A stretch of 64,000 nucleotides of DNA from Candidatus Komeilibacteria bacterium (GCA_018656065.1 JABHZY010000024.1:224970-288969), one strand, 5' to 3'. Positions 26,522 through 35,333 are shown, counted from the stretch's first letter. The notes: generated by a model from the letters alone, not told the origin. A program made the numbers and translations.

Positions 26522-27910
26522 TTATTTTTTCTTAAATAAATCTTGTTGATGAAGTAATAAACTTCCCACTGCAATATCTAAATACTTATTTAAATCTTTA
26601 AGAAAATTCAATTCTTGTATAGAAAATAATTTATTATCATTATCTATCATTAAAAGTCCCAAAAGTTGTTTATTATAAAAAATTGGTAAAGCCGTATCAA
26701 CATTAAGCTCGTCCATTTCTTGAAGAAGCATTTTATTAGTAAAAAAATAATCTAACTCTGCTCTATTAACCATTTTCTTATGACTGGCCAAATGTTTAAT
26801 CAAATCACTATCTGATTTATTAAATAATCTCTCCCCGACTGGAAAAACTTGATAAAAAACATTTAAATCACTTTTTTTGGAAAGATAAATAAATATTTCT
26901 TTATACTCGATTACTTTACTTATCTCTTTAGATAATTTAACTAACAAAACATCTAAGTCTCGGCTAGATCTCAATATATTAACTATTTTATCAGTAGACC
27001 TCTTAAAATCATTGTCTGGATTAATGAATAAAGCTAAAGCTACACGATTCATAGCATTAAACACAAAAGGAGCGCTTAAACCTAAGACCAGCAATAGAAA
27101 TATTACATTATGAATATTATTAAAATCTACCTTAATCAAATCATGGAATAAAATATAGAAAATATAATATATTAAACCAGTTGTAAATAATTTAAATAAA
27201 CTTATTAATGATTTATACAAAGAAGCTTTAAGGTCAAAAAATTCATACCTAAACAAAGCATAGGTCAATATAATACTAAAAAATACAGTGCTATTCACTC
27301 CTAGGTAATATAAATTATGTAAACCCCAAATAGGGAATAGAATATTAAATGTTAAGCCTCCTAGGGCAGCTAAAGTCGTACCTATAAAAATATAAGTAAT
27401 TTGCCTACTAACAATTACCCCCGATGTTCTTCTATTTCTAGCCAAAGTATAAAGACCATATGACATCAATAAAACAAAATAAGTAGCAAAAAACCAATAA
27501 ACAGGCCCTGCTACATAAAAAAATCGATTGCCACTTACAATTACTTGGGATACATTATATGGAGTAAAAACAAAGCCAGACATTATAATAGCTGGTAATA
27601 AATATAATGTTTTTTTGATTTTAGAAATTTCGTCACATTTACCAAACAAAGAAAAAACCAACCTAATAAAAGCTGGCGCCAGATACAAGGCTGGCAATAA
27701 ACCAGCTTGTACTCCGATTAATAAAAGCTCTTTATCTTGATACATTAACCAAGCAACATTGAATAACTCTGTCACTTGCCATAAAACTAACAAAAGTAAT
27801 ATCCAAAAGAATGGCCAAGATCTCTCTTTATCTTTATTAAAAAATATAAACACTAGTAAAATAACATTTACTATACACACAAAGAGCAAAATGAGTGTTG
27901 ATATGTCCAT
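26522..27910 (-). CDS. 7TM sensor-type membrane protein with a GAF-like C-terminal region, no kinase core
   Basis: 462 aa with a multi-TM N-terminus and a soluble tail. No H-box or ATPase motifs. Confidence 0.65.
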   Translation of the reverse strand: MDISTLILLFVCIVNVILLVFIFFNKDKERSWPFFWILLLLVLWQVTELFNVAWLMYQDKELLLIGVQAGLLPALYLAPAFIRLVFSLFGKCDEISKIKKTLYLLPAIIMSGFVFTPYNVSQVIVSGNRFFYVAGPVYWFFATYFVLLMSYGLYTLARNRRTSGVIVSRQITYIFIGTTLAALGGLTFNILFPIWGLHNLYYLGVNSTVFFSIILTYALFRYEFFDLKASLYKSLISLFKLFTTGLIYYIFYILFHDLIKVDFNNIHNVIFLLLVLGLSAPFVFNAMNRVALALFINPDNDFKRSTDKIVNILRSSRDLDVLLVKLSKEISKVIEYKEIFIYLSKKSDLNVFYQVFPVGERLFNKSDSDLIKHLASHKKMVNRAELDYFFTNKMLLQEMDELNVDTALPIFYNKQLLGLLMIDNDNKLFSIQELNFLKDLNKYLDIAVGSLLLHQQDLFKKK

Positions 27911-27920
27911 AGGTTTTAAT

Positions 27921-27950
27921 AAAAGCCGTCAAAAATAAAACGCCGTCTTT
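27921..27950. promoter_or_regulatory. direct repeat ATAAAA(C)GCCGTC x2
   Basis: GCCGTC occurs at 27925 and 27942, 15-37 nt upstream of ATG 27910. It resembles 17511-17543. Confidence 0.35.
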
Positions 27951-27980
27951 AATAGTATAATTATTATGGCATTTTTTATA

Positions 27981-28011
27981 AAAAAAAGAAAGAGCTAAAT
28001 ATATAGCTCTT
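27981..28011 (-). terminator. rho-independent terminator after the trmH-like gene
   Basis: 8-bp stem aagagcta/tagctctt, with a T-run on the minus strand. Confidence 0.6.
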
Positions 28012-28017
28012 CTTTAA

Positions 28018-28755
28018 TTAAAATTTTATTTTATTCATTACTATCCCCGCTGCCACTGCTGCATTAAGAGATTCGGCCTTACCTGATTTCATAATCTTGA
28101 AACGCTTGTCGGCCATAGATATTAATTTTCTATCTACTCCTTTAGCCTCATTACCAATTACCAAGGCTATTTTATCTTTTTTATCTATATTAGATTCATC
28201 TCCCATCAAATCAGTAACTACAATCTTATAGCCTTCTTCCTTGAGATCTTTAATTAATGCCTTGAGTTTAGCCTCAGGATTGATACTGACATTAAATACA
28301 GAGCCCATACTAGCAGCTACTACTTTTGAATTATAAGCTTCAACACAATTTTCACTTAAAAATAGATGGTTGAAGCCAAACCAATCAGCTGTTCTAATAA
28401 TAGTACCCATATTACCTGGATCTGAAATATTATCTAAAATTAATACATTCTTAGATTTAAAAATAAATTTCTTAGGACGAGGCATATTAAAGAGGGCAAT
28501 CATTCCCAGAGGATTCACCTGCTTAGATATCTTCTTCAGCTCTTTATTAGAAAGACGATAAATAGTCTTAAAAACCATTCGATCTTCATTTTCTTTATAA
28601 AAATTATCTGTAACATAAACAGAGTCAAGTAAGGGGTTAGAAAACTCTTCCCAAATTACTTTTGAATTCTCTAATAGAAATTTTTGGTGTTCATCACGAT
28701 ATTTCTTCTTTTTTAGTTTTACCAAAAAATCTATTTGTTTTTTATTAACTTGCAT
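28018..28755 (-). CDS. SpoU/TrmH-family RNA 2'-O-methyltransferase
   Basis: 245 aa with LDNISDPGNMGTIIRTA, VIGNEAKG and ESLNAAVAAGI motifs. Confidence 0.85.
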   Translation of the reverse strand: MQVNKKQIDFLVKLKKKKYRDEHQKFLLENSKVIWEEFSNPLLDSVYVTDNFYKENEDRMVFKTIYRLSNKELKKISKQVNPLGMIALFNMPRPKKFIFKSKNVLILDNISDPGNMGTIIRTADWFGFNHLFLSENCVEAYNSKVVAASMGSVFNVSINPEAKLKALIKDLKEEGYKIVVTDLMGDESNIDKKDKIALVIGNEAKGVDRKLISMADKRFKIMKSGKAESLNAAVAAGIVMNKIKF

Positions 28756-28791
28756 AAAATCACTAAAATTATTATATATCTATTATAGCAT

Positions 28792-28833
28792 AAAAAAATG
28801 AGGCCTGCGTGCATTTGCATACAACGCAGGCCT
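28792..28833 (-). terminator. terminator after the tRNA pair
   Basis: aggcctgcgt/acgcaggcct 10-bp stem, followed on the minus strand by cattttttt. Confidence 0.75.
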
Positions 28834-28840
28834 CCTCGGA

Positions 28841-28914
28841 CGTTCATGACCAGACTCGAACTGGCGACATCCCTATTAGGGTTAGGGTGCTCTATCCAAC
28901 TGAGCTACATGAAG
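28841..28914 (-). tRNA. tRNA-Arg(CCU)-like, atypical
   Basis: Hand-folded cloverleaf. D arm is GCTC-AGTTGGATA-GAGC with A20. Anticodon stem is CCCTA/TAGGG with loop ACCCTAA. T arm is GCCAG-TTCGAGT-CTGGT. Oddities are C at position 33 and a C1 x C72 mismatch. No CCA is encoded. Confidence 0.6.
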
Positions 28915-28932
28915 TCCTCTGAGAAGAACAAA

Positions 28933-29008
28933 TGGGGAGGCAAAGAAGACTCGAACTTCTAACCTTCTGTTCCGAGAACAGACGCTCTACCAATTGAGCT
29001 ACTACCCC
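28933..29008 (-). tRNA. tRNA-Arg(UCG)-like, atypical
   Basis: Hand-folded. Acceptor is GGGGTAG/TTGCCTC with 3 G.U pairs. D arm is GCTC-AATTGGTA-GAGC. Anticodon stem is TCTGT/ACAGA with loop TCTCGGA. T arm is AGAAG-TTCGAGT-CTTCT. C73 plus CCA are encoded. Oddities are C33, U20 instead of A20, and a G at -1. Confidence 0.65.
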
Positions 29009-29129
29009 CACCAATAATGACACAAAGGATATATTAGTATATTATACCTTAAATGTCAATAGCTTAAGACTAAACAAAAAAAGCCTACAGTATTACACTA
29101 ATAGGCTAAAAAAAGTAATTTTTAAAAAT

Positions 29130-30512
29130 TTAAAATTTTATATGAATGGCTTTTTGACCATCTGGAGTGTCATGCACCTCTACTCCTAAGGCTATCAATT
29201 TATCTCTTAATTTATCAGAACGCTCCCAATCTTTAGCATCCCTAGCTTTAGCTCTTTCATCTAATATAATCTTAGCTTCATCAGAAATATCCATAGCATT
29301 TTTAACTAAACCGTCCAAGCGCAAGCCTAAAACCTCATCCATCTTAAGAATTGTAGCTAGCTTAGCACTATCTTTACAATCAGCGTCAATTACTTTCTGA
29401 AAAACGGCTAAAGCCTTGGACGTATTAAGATTATCAGCCACGGCCTCATAAAATTCTTCTTCAAATTTATCACAACGCCCTTTTGGCTTACCATAAAAAG
29501 CTATCTCTCTAATAATTGCCTCTAAACCATTTTGAGCGGCCTGTAAAGACTCCATAGTAAAATTTAAAGGTTTTCGATAATGATTTTGTAAAATAAGAAA
29601 ACGAAAAGCCATAGGTGAAAAACCCTTGGCTCTAAGATCTTCTAAAGTAACAAAAGTTCCTTTAGACTTTGACATCTTACCGCCGTCATATTTAACATGG
29701 GCATTATGTAACCAATAGTTTGCTTGCAATTCACCTGTTACTGCTTCGCTCTGAGCCATTTCATTAGGATGATGGACAGTTAAATGCTCTATACCTCCCG
29801 TATGAATATCAAAAGTATCTCCTAATTCCATACGGCTCATCACAGAACACTCTAAATGCCAACCTGGAAAACCTAAGCCCCAAGGAGACTCCCATTCCAT
29901 ATCTCTAATTTTATTCTCTGGCGAAAATTTCCAAACTGCAAAATCTGTTAAATTCTTTTTTTCATTACTCTTAGCTACACGAGCACCTTCTTGAAGTTCT
30001 ACATTCGCTAGATTAGCTATCTTACCATAATCTTCTATTTTAGCAGTATCGAAATACATACCATCACTTGTTTTGTATAAATATCCTTTTTCATTTAAAA
30101 TACGAACAAATTCAATTTGCTCTTTTACTGTATCAGTGGCTCTAAAAAATTTAGTTGGCTCCGTAATATTAAGATTGGATAGATTATTACGAAATACTTT
30201 TATAAAAAATTCTGCTATCTGCCAAGCATTTTTTCCAGATTCACGACTAGCTTTAACTAATTTATCCTCTCCGTCATCAGCGTCTGAAGTCAAATGGCCT
30301 ACATCTGTAATATTCATGATGTGTTTAACTTTATAACCTTTGACTTTCAATATACGCTTAAGAACATCCCAAATAATATATGGCATTAAATTACCAATAT
30401 GCGGATAATTATAAACAGTTGGACCACAAGTATAAAGACCCACCTCTTTCTTTTTAATGGGCTTAAATTCCTCTTTTTTCTTAGTTAAGCTGTTATATAA
30501 TCTAATATCCAT
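29130..30512 (-). CDS. cysS: cysteine--tRNA ligase
   Basis: 460 aa with HIGN (PHIGNLMPY) and KMSKSKG class I motifs. Confidence 0.95.
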   Translation of the reverse strand: MDIRLYNSLTKKKEEFKPIKKKEVGLYTCGPTVYNYPHIGNLMPYIIWDVLKRILKVKGYKVKHIMNITDVGHLTSDADDGEDKLVKASRESGKNAWQIAEFFIKVFRNNLSNLNITEPTKFFRATDTVKEQIEFVRILNEKGYLYKTSDGMYFDTAKIEDYGKIANLANVELQEGARVAKSNEKKNLTDFAVWKFSPENKIRDMEWESPWGLGFPGWHLECSVMSRMELGDTFDIHTGGIEHLTVHHPNEMAQSEAVTGELQANYWLHNAHVKYDGGKMSKSKGTFVTLEDLRAKGFSPMAFRFLILQNHYRKPLNFTMESLQAAQNGLEAIIREIAFYGKPKGRCDKFEEEFYEAVADNLNTSKALAVFQKVIDADCKDSAKLATILKMDEVLGLRLDGLVKNAMDISDEAKIILDERAKARDAKDWERSDKLRDKLIALGVEVHDTPDGQKAIHIKF

Positions 30513-30608
30513 AGTAATATTTATTGTAACATAAAAATAAGTTTTGTAAATATAAAAACCACTTATAGGACAATTATAAAAGTGGCTTTTAATAAATAAT
30601 AACTATAA

Positions 30609-31910
30609 TTAATTAGTGTCTGCTAAAGCTCTTAACGATAAAACATGCACCTGATGTGCTTTTACTACCTTAGTTTGCCGATTAGCAACACCCCTAACTC
30701 TAATAACATCATTTACTTTAATATCTTCTAAGCTTATTTTTTCGCTGCCCTTTGTAAATTTAGTGTCACCATCTGTTTCAACAGTCCAATTTTTATTGGT
30801 CAATTGAGTACGTCGCAATGAAACTTCCAAACTTTGCTGATCGACATCAATAGCTACTACTTTAGCTACATGACGTGCTACTCCTAAAGCTTGAATAGAG
30901 TTGTTTTTAATAAATTTAGCTACTAAATGTCCTGTATCCTCAGCTCGACGACCAATAATTCTAACATGGTCACCTTCGCTGAATTCTTTAAGAAAAGCCT
31001 TACCCATATATCTTCGTCTGAGATTAGTATCTTCGTAAATATCTACCATTATTTTTTCCCCAGGAGCACCAACTAAATTATTTACATCGCCTTCTTCAAA
31101 AAACTTAGAAGGGTTAATTTCTACTTCAATAGTGGCTGGTAAAGAAACATCCTCGGGAATCATAGTAACTGTAGCATCTACTACCCAACGAGTGACTCTC
31201 ATAAATAGATTGTTACCACGACGAAGTACTACTATAATATTAGCGTCCCAAGTACTAGAATTCCCATCACCATCTTCTACTACTCTAGCCCTAATACGAT
31301 CGCCAACTTCAAAATTATCTAAGGTAGCTGGATTATATTTTCCAGATACCATTCTAGCTTCGCTAGTATCTAAAGTAAAAACTTGATTATTCCAAGTGAC
31401 ATCCATTTCGTTGGCTTCTGGTCGAATAGCTTCTATCCAACCATTCTTACCACGATGATTCCACTTAAAAGATCGATTTCTCAATTTTTTAGCAACTTTT
31501 GCGCCGCTGTTTGTATAATGATCAACTGTATAAGTTACTTGATCACCAGCGATCCAATCACTAAGATCAGCTGACCCCTGACTATCAGTTAAAACTGAAG
31601 TACTTGTTTCAATTTCTACTGTCTGATCATCACTATCATCGGTGGCGTCATTAGGACGAATAATAATAGTAGTATTTTCAGCTGTAGTGTTGCCGATCTC
31701 AATTAACATACCTGTATTTTCTTCGACTGTTGTCTCTTCTACACTGGCATTATTAATCTCTGTCTCACTTAAACCTACATCTGAAGCTGTTACTTCAGCG
31801 CTAATGTCATTAATAGTACTTATTTCTCCTACTGCTAGACTAGGACTAGGTAATAGTAAAATAAGCGCTAGAAAAGTAAATATACTTTTAAAAATAAATT
31901 TTTTACCCAT
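30609..31910 (-). CDS. exported protein with repeated DUF5666-like beta domains
   Basis: 433 aa with a signal peptide. It has repeated GD.(I/V)R(A/V/I).G segments (GDRIRARV, GDHVRIIG, NDVIRVRG). Confidence 0.6.
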   Translation of the reverse strand: MGKKFIFKSIFTFLALILLLPSPSLAVGEISTINDISAEVTASDVGLSETEINNASVEETTVEENTGMLIEIGNTTAENTTIIIRPNDATDDSDDQTVEIETSTSVLTDSQGSADLSDWIAGDQVTYTVDHYTNSGAKVAKKLRNRSFKWNHRGKNGWIEAIRPEANEMDVTWNNQVFTLDTSEARMVSGKYNPATLDNFEVGDRIRARVVEDGDGNSSTWDANIIVVLRRGNNLFMRVTRWVVDATVTMIPEDVSLPATIEVEINPSKFFEEGDVNNLVGAPGEKIMVDIYEDTNLRRRYMGKAFLKEFSEGDHVRIIGRRAEDTGHLVAKFIKNNSIQALGVARHVAKVVAIDVDQQSLEVSLRRTQLTNKNWTVETDGDTKFTKGSEKISLEDIKVNDVIRVRGVANRQTKVVKAHQVHVLSLRALADTN

Positions 31911-31950
31911 ATGCGCTTCCTCCTCCTTAAATTAATATTTAATATATTTA

Positions 31951-32958
31951 TTAATTAATTTGATCAATCATTTCTACCAATCTAGCAGAATATCCCCATT
32001 CATTGTCATACCAAGAAATTATCTTAAGCATATTACCACCTACTACTTTAGTAAGACTCAAATCAACAATAGATGACCTAGGATCACCGATAAAGTCAGA
32101 TGAAACTACTGGCTCGTCAGTTACTCCCAAAACTCCTTTGAGTTTTTTACTTTTGCTGGCTGCTATCAAAGCATTGTTGACTTGCTTAACAGTTACATCT
32201 TTTTTGAGTAAAAAAGTAAAATCGGATAAAGAAACTACTGGTGTTGGTACACGTACTGATAAACCATCAAATAAACCTTCTAGCTCAGGAATTACTTTAG
32301 CGGTAGCAATAGCTGCCCCGGTAGAAGTTGGTACTATATTTTCTGCCGCACTTCGTCCACGGCGAGGATCTTTATGAGGAGCATCTACTAACTTTTGTCC
32401 ACCTGTATAAGAATGAATGGTAGTCATCATAGCTTTAGCTACACCAAACTTGGAAACTAATACTTGAGCCACTGGCGCTACACAATTTGTAGTACAACTA
32501 GCATTAGAAATAACTTTTTGTTTTCCGTACTCATCTTCGTTAACTCCCAGCAGGAATGTATCAACGCCTCCTCCACCTTTAGCTGGCGCTGAAATAATCA
32601 CCTTCTTAGCTCCAGCTTGAATATGAGCTTTAGCAGCACCGTCTTTCACAAAAAATCCAGTACATTCCAAAACAACGTCTACTTTAAGTTTTTTCCAAGG
32701 TAATTTTTTTGGGTCAGGATTGCTAGTAATATTATATTTTTTGCCATTAACTACTATACTATCTCCACTATGTTTAACTTTCTTTGGATAAATACCATAA
32801 ACAGTGTCGTGTTTCAATAAATAAGCTAAACTTTCTACTGGGGCCAAATCATTAATAGCTACTACTTCATATTTCTGGCTATCTAACATTATCTTAAACG
32901 CAGCCCGCCCAATACGTCCAAAGCCATTGATAGCTACTCTTATTTTTTTCTTAGCCAT
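31951..32958 (-). CDS. gap: glyceraldehyde-3-phosphate dehydrogenase
   Basis: 335 aa with INGFGRIGR and SNASCTTNC. Confidence 0.95.
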   Translation of the reverse strand: MAKKKIRVAINGFGRIGRAAFKIMLDSQKYEVVAINDLAPVESLAYLLKHDTVYGIYPKKVKHSGDSIVVNGKKYNITSNPDPKKLPWKKLKVDVVLECTGFFVKDGAAKAHIQAGAKKVIISAPAKGGGGVDTFLLGVNEDEYGKQKVISNASCTTNCVAPVAQVLVSKFGVAKAMMTTIHSYTGGQKLVDAPHKDPRRGRSAAENIVPTSTGAAIATAKVIPELEGLFDGLSVRVPTPVVSLSDFTFLLKKDVTVKQVNNALIAASKSKKLKGVLGVTDEPVVSSDFIGDPRSSIVDLSLTKVVGGNMLKIISWYDNEWGYSARLVEMIDQIN

Positions 32959-32995
32959 AATTTTTATTTATTTATTATATACCTATACATTATAC

Positions 32996-33025
32996 CAAAA
33001 AAACAGCCCGACGCGAAGGGCTGTT
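32996..33025 (-). terminator. rho-independent terminator
   Basis: aacagccc/gggctgtt 8-bp stem, with a T-run on the minus strand. Confidence 0.7.
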
Positions 33026-33030
33026 CAAAT

Positions 33031-33930
33031 TTATTCTTCTGATTTTATCTCACAAAGTTTTCCCTCTAAGTACGGATATTCAACTATATTATCATCTATT
33101 TTAAGGTGTACTGTATGCTTCATAGGGTGAACTGCTACCACTTTAGCTGGACCAGCCCCAGTTTTTATAATATCACCTTCTTTTGGTAACTGATTTCTCT
33201 CATATTTATAAGCCTCTTCTTCAAAACGAAGGCAACATTTAAGTCTGCCACAAGGACCAGTTAATCTATCAGCTCCTCGATGACTAAGCTCTTGATTTTT
33301 AATACTATCTGGACTAACACTGCCAATAGTATTGAGCCAAGATTTACAACAAAGCGGGATACCGCAAGGACCAAGATCGCCAGTTACTTTAGCAGCATCA
33401 CGTACACCTACTTGTTGTAATCGAATTTTTTTATGATAATTTTTAACTAAATCTTTAACTAATTCTCTGAAATCAACTCTGGCACTAGATATAAAATAAA
33501 AAGTCATTCTTTTGGTATCAAAAGATTCCGACATATCTACTAACTTCATAGTCTTAAGACCATGCTTGTCTATTAATCTTTTACACTCTGTAAAAATTTT
33601 TAAAGACTCTTTTTTTTGAATTCTTAATTTATCTAAATCCTCTTCCCTTAATGGCCTGAGCATCGGTTTAACATCAGTCACTTTGTCTTGCACAAAATCA
33701 CCATTGGTTTTTTCCCCTCGACTACACTCAGAACCTTCGGCTTTATTATCCCTTGAAGGCTCCCAATCTGCCCAATCAGTCACCTGTCCAACGTCCTGGC
33801 CTAAAATAGTAGAGACCACAACACTATCACCTACTTCTACTTGAGCTCCAGCGTCATCGCTAAACTCTGGTAAGAAAAAATACTCCTTATCTAATTTATG
33901 AAATTGTACTTTAACGACTTTCATTGGCAA
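33031..33930 (-). CDS. PSP1 domain protein (RicT/YaaT-like)
   Basis: 299 aa with RMTFYFISSARVDFRELVKDL..LGPCGIPLCCKSWL. Confidence 0.8.
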   Translation of the reverse strand: MPMKVVKVQFHKLDKEYFFLPEFSDDAGAQVEVGDSVVVSTILGQDVGQVTDWADWEPSRDNKAEGSECSRGEKTNGDFVQDKVTDVKPMLRPLREEDLDKLRIQKKESLKIFTECKRLIDKHGLKTMKLVDMSESFDTKRMTFYFISSARVDFRELVKDLVKNYHKKIRLQQVGVRDAAKVTGDLGPCGIPLCCKSWLNTIGSVSPDSIKNQELSHRGADRLTGPCGRLKCCLRFEEEAYKYERNQLPKEGDIIKTGAGPAKVVAVHPMKHTVHLKIDDNIVEYPYLEGKLCEIKSEE

Positions 33931-34627
33931 CTTTAGTTCCTATATTATTTTTAGTAACTGCTTTGATAAGATTAGCTGGGCTATATTTAAATACTGTTAG
34001 ATCCATTTTATTTTCTCTTGCCATTGCAAAGGCAGCCGCATCCATTACTTTTAATTTCTTCTCTAGAGCTTCGCTATAGCTAAGTTTTTTATAAAACTTG
34101 GCATTTTTATATTTAATTGGATCTTTATCATAAACTCCTCGGACATTGGTAGCTTTGTAAATATATTCTGCACCAATCTCATATGCCCTTAATACTAATG
34201 CTGTGTCAGTTGTAAAATATGGCTTGCCTGTGCCGGCAGCAAAAATAACAATGTGTTTCTTATTCAAATAACTATTAGCACGACTAGCACTATAAGCTGA
34301 CATAGTAGCTGGAATCACAAATGGTGATAATACTTTGGCCGCTTGTTTCATTTTGCTTAGCACTGCTTGCAAGGCCATAGCATTTATCATAGTAGCAGTC
34401 ATACCAATATGATCAGCTACCTCCCTATCTATTTCCATATTTTTGACCATACGAGCGCGGAATATGTTGCCTCCGCCAAGAACAACACCAATTTGATAGC
34501 CCTGCTTAGCTAGCTTTTTAAGACTATCGGCTAACTTCATAATCTTGCCAAAATCAAGATTAGCCTCTTGATTACCTTGCTCCATTACCTCGCCGGAGAG
34601 TTTGATTACAATCCGCTTATTTTTCAT
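33911..34627 (-). CDS. pyrH: UMP kinase
   Basis: 238 aa with RIVIKLSGE and GGGNIFRA. Confidence 0.92.
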   Translation of the reverse strand: MKNKRIVIKLSGEVMEQGNQEANLDFGKIMKLADSLKKLAKQGYQIGVVLGGGNIFRARMVKNMEIDREVADHIGMTATMINAMALQAVLSKMKQAAKVLSPFVIPATMSAYSASRANSYLNKKHIVIFAAGTGKPYFTTDTALVLRAYEIGAEYIYKATNVRGVYDKDPIKYKNAKFYKKLSYSEALEKKLKVMDAAAFAMARENKMDLTVFKYSPANLIKAVTKNNIGTKVANESR

Positions 34628-34674
34628 TTTTTGATTTTAAAAATCTTATTGTTATTATGGCAAATTGATCCGAT

Positions 34675-34730
34675 AATAGCAAGACTCTAGATATGCTACT
34701 ATTGACAAAATAGCAATAATATGCTATTAT
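34675..34730 (+). promoter_or_regulatory. promoter with embedded inverted repeats
   Basis: TTGACA (34702-07), 17-nt spacer, TATTAT (34725-30). AATAGCA-6 nt-TGCTATT (34709-34728) lies inside the spacer. A second AATAGCA..TGCTACT lies at 34675-34700. Confidence 0.5.
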
Positions 34731-34788
34731 ACATTCGTTTGAAACACTAGTAAACCAAAAAATTTACTGGCATGGACTGTTCTTCAAC

Positions 34789-34929
34789 AAGGAGTAAATA
34801 ATGCCCTGGAATTGGAAATTTTACCAACCAAGATAGACAACCCCCAAACTGAACGCGCCTTCAGACAATCCTGAACTATTCCCTTCTGAAGGTGCATGAT
34901 CCAATCACGCACTCTTCAGGAGGAATACC
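34789..34929 (+). promoter_or_regulatory. 5' leader: 11-codon uORF plus two mutually exclusive helices, one covering the SD
   Basis: AAGGAG (34789-94) precedes ATG 34801..TAG 34836, encoding MPWNWKFYQPR. Segment 34885-34895 can pair either with 34855-34865 or with 34909-34920, the latter overlapping AGGAGG (34918-23). Confidence 0.45.
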
Positions 34930-35265
34930 ATGAACACCAACCGTCGTCACCAGTACGAGATGATCATCCTCATCGATCTACTGACTGAATCCTGCCCCTA
35001 CTACAATGGCTACGAAGAGTTCTGCGAAGAATGTTCAACCCTCTTCAACACTCACTACCGTGTCTGGCACTGCTACGGCTGTGATGCTATCTACGGTCTG
35101 CCCTGGGGAATCACCAGTATCAATGAACGGTCTCTCGAAGCTGCTCGTCGTCGGGCTCGTCACATCAAGCCCAAGCCTGATCACCACGAGACCAATACCC
35201 AGTTCGCCAAGCGACACGGCATTACCAAGCGTCAGGCCTCCAAGGTCCGGCAACTCCTGCGCTAG
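34930..35265 (+). CDS. GC-rich small Cys-rich protein with a basic HTH-like C-terminus
   Basis: 111 aa with a strong SD. It reads CPYYNGYEEFCEEC..HCYGC (CPx8CxxC..CxxC), then FAKRHGITKRQASKVRQLL. Confidence 0.65.
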   Translation: MNTNRRHQYEMIILIDLLTESCPYYNGYEEFCEECSTLFNTHYRVWHCYGCDAIYGLPWGITSINERSLEAARRRARHIKPKPDHHETNTQFAKRHGITKRQASKVRQLLR

Positions 35266-35286
35266 ATCCCTCGGGATCGTCTAGTC

Positions 35287-35324
35287 GCCCTACTCCTCCG
35301 GGAGTACGGGCGGCTACTTTTTTT
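35287..35324 (+). terminator. rho-independent terminator of the GC-rich islet gene
   Basis: gccctactcc/ggagta(c)gggc stem with a tccg loop. A T-run lies at 35318-24. Confidence 0.6.
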
Positions 35325-35333
35325 ATACAAAAC

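Noticed and set aside
28841-29008. Arg-codon reassignment or another alternative genetic code (for example UGA sense), suggested by the odd Arg tRNAs and the CPR-like context.
   Set aside because: CGG, CGA and AGG fall on invariant Arg residues: GAPDH GRIGR, RF1 HRVQRVP and DnaE IRDVGR. All housekeeping ORFs are full length under the standard code.
31132-32377. Plus-strand ORFs opposite the DUF5666-like gene and gap: 31132-31386, 31383-31574, 31642-31935 and 32003-32377.
   Set aside because: They are antisense shadows of well-supported minus-strand genes, with S/T/L/I-rich low-complexity translations. The same applies to 46395-46748, 52580-53170, 38157-38411, 38783-39070 and similar ORFs.
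35006-35284. Alternative-frame ORFs in the GC-rich islets: 35006-35284 (+), 35035-35253 (-), 37021-37203 (-), and 164-367 and 548-787 (-).
   Set aside because: GC-rich DNA has few stop codons in any frame. Only the frames with an SD plus start codon and sensible motifs were kept.
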